From Mobula hypostoma (Eukaryota): 64,000 bases of DNA. This document shows, one piece after another, positions 62,145-64,000 of the stretch. Location: assembly GCF_963921235.1 (NCBI RefSeq), contig NC_086097.1, positions 206,090,001 through 206,154,000 of the forward strand, written 5' to 3'. The translations under genes were made by a program, and so were the position numbers. Within the stretch, counting starts at the first letter, position 1. Every line of letters starts with the position of its first letter. The notes under the pieces are model-generated. The model was not told where the DNA came from and ran no database searches. It worked only from the letters and a program-made list of their open reading frames with translations.

Positions 62145-64000
62145 TATCCTAGATTGTATAATAACCCAGGTCTTATTAGAGAGCTTAACCTAAAGGAACC
62201 CTTAGTAGGCAGTGGTCTCAATATGATTGAGGTCAGACTGCAATTTCTGAGGAAGAAGCATAGTTACATGTATCAGTATCACAGTGGAATAAAGGGAATT
62301 ACAGAGGCATGAGAGAGGAGCTTGCCCAAGTGGAATGGTTGAGGATACTGATGGGAATGACGACAGAGCAGAGATTGCTGAAGTTTCTGGGAAAGGTTCA
62401 CAAGGTGCATGATAGATATGTCCCACAGAAGAAGTTGTTCTCAAATGGCAGGGGTAGGCAATTGTGACAAAGGAAGTTAAGGCCTGTATAAAAGCCAAGG
62501 AAAGGGCATATAAGGTAGCAAAAGTGATTGGGGAGTTGCATGATTGGGAAACTTTTAAAATCGAACAAAGGGCAACTAAGAAAGCTATAAGAAGGGAAAA
62601 GATGAAATATGAATGCAAACTAGCCAATAATATAAAGTAGGATACTAAAAGATTTCTTTTTTCAGTTATATAAAGAGTAAAAAGGAGGTGAGAGTTGATA
62701 TTGGACCACTAGAAAATGATGTCGGTGAGATAATAATAGGGGACAAAGAAATGGTAGATGAACTTACTGAGTACTTTGCATCAGTCTTCACTATGGAAGA
62801 CACCAGCACTGTGCCAGAAGTCCGTGAGTGTCTGGGAGCAGGAGTTAGTGCCATTGCTATTACAAAGGAAAAGATGCAAGGCAAACTCAAAGGTCTGAAG
62901 GTGGATAAGTCACCTGGACCAGACAGATAACATCCCAGAGTCCTGAAAGAGGTTGCTGAAAAGATAACAAATGCATTAGTCACGATCTTTCAAGAATCAC
63001 TTGATTCTGGCATAGTCCCAGAATGGAAAATTGCAAATGTCACTCCACTCTTTAAGAAGGGAGAAAGGCAAAAGAAAAGAAATTATAGGCCAGTTAGCCT
63101 AACCTCAGTGAATGGCAAAGTATTGGAGTCTATTATTAAGGATGAGGATTCAGGGTATTTGGAGACTAATGATAAAATAAGTCAAAGTCAGCATGGTTTC
63201 TGTGAAGGGAAATCTTGCCTGACAAATCTGTTAGAGCTCTTTGAGGAAGTTATCGGCATGGTGGACAAAGGAGAGGCAGTGAAAATCATTTACTTGGATT
63301 TTCAGTAGGCAATTGATAAGGCGCCACATATGAAGCTGCTTAACAAGATAATATCCTAAGGCATTACAGGAAGAAGATACTGGCATGGATAGAAGAATGG
63401 CTGATAGCAAGAAGGCAGTGAGTGGGAATAAAGGGGGCCCTTTCTGATTGGCTGCCAGGGACTAGTGGTGTCCCTCAGGAGTCAGTATTGGGACTGCTAC
63501 TTTTCACATTGCTTGTCAATGATATAGATAATGGAATTGATTGCTTTGTGGCAAAGTTTGCGGAAGATACAAAGATAGATGGAGTGGTAGGCAGTGCTGA
63601 GGAAGCAATGCAATTGCAGCAGGACTTAGACAAATTGGAAGAATGGGCAAAAAAGTGGCAGATGGAATACAAATTTGGGAAATGTGATATTGCATTTTGG
63701 CAAAAGGAACAATAGTGCGGACTATTATCTAAATAGGGAAACATTCAAACATCAAAGGTGCAGAGGGACTTAGGACTCCTCATATGAGACTCCTAGAAGG
63801 TTAATTTTCAGGTTGAATCTGTGGTAAAGATGGCAAGTGCAATGTTGGTATTTATTTCGAGGGGAATAGAATATAAGAGCAAGGAAATAATGCTGAGGCT
63901 TTATAAGACAATATTCAGGCCGCACTTGGAGTATCGTCAACAGTTTTGGGCCCCGTATCGCAGAACGATGTGTTGTCTTTGGAGAGAGTCCAGAGGAGGT
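62145..64000 (+). mobile_element. CR1 ORF2 fragment running off the window end
   Basis: KSPGPD, SQHGFCEGKSCLTNLLE, SGVPQESVLG, KFAEDTK. Confidence 0.93.

Noticed and set aside
44700..64000. 3' exons of PCMTD1, the upstream neighbour of human PXDNL
   Set aside because: No matching peptide was seen in the ORF track or by eye, so synteny cannot be confirmed in this window.

Overview
Repeat-dense vertebrate genomic DNA, most likely a cartilaginous fish. This is inferred from its repeat content (CR1 LINEs, a V-SINE, a Deu-domain SINE, Penelope-like elements) and was not checked against a database. The only host coding sequence I can support is the first coding exon of a peroxidasin-family gene on the minus strand (44524..44367; signal peptide plus LRR N-cap [23 protein letters not shown], closest to PXDNL). 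I did not find exon 2, so 1-44366 is probably all intron 1 and 44525-64000 is 5' flank. Most of the rest is recognisable transposable elements: many degraded CR1 LINEs, Rex1/Babar, RTE and L1/Tx1 fragments, a young I/Nimb-type LINE with RT+RNase H and a 12-bp TSD, Gypsy-type solo LTRs with 4-bp TSDs, a Gypsy pol remnant, two hAT derivatives with 8-bp TSDs, a Tc1-like fragment, tRNA-derived SINEs, and about a dozen Penelope-like elements or remnants. The most notable non-coding signal is a family of minimal type-I hammerhead ribozymes in the Penelope pseudo-LTRs, two of them intact and sense to the host pre-mRNA. I found no convincing wholly new system. Most ORFs in the supplied track are TE fragments or antisense shadows. 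Family names come from motif recognition by eye, and boundaries without a TSD are approximate.
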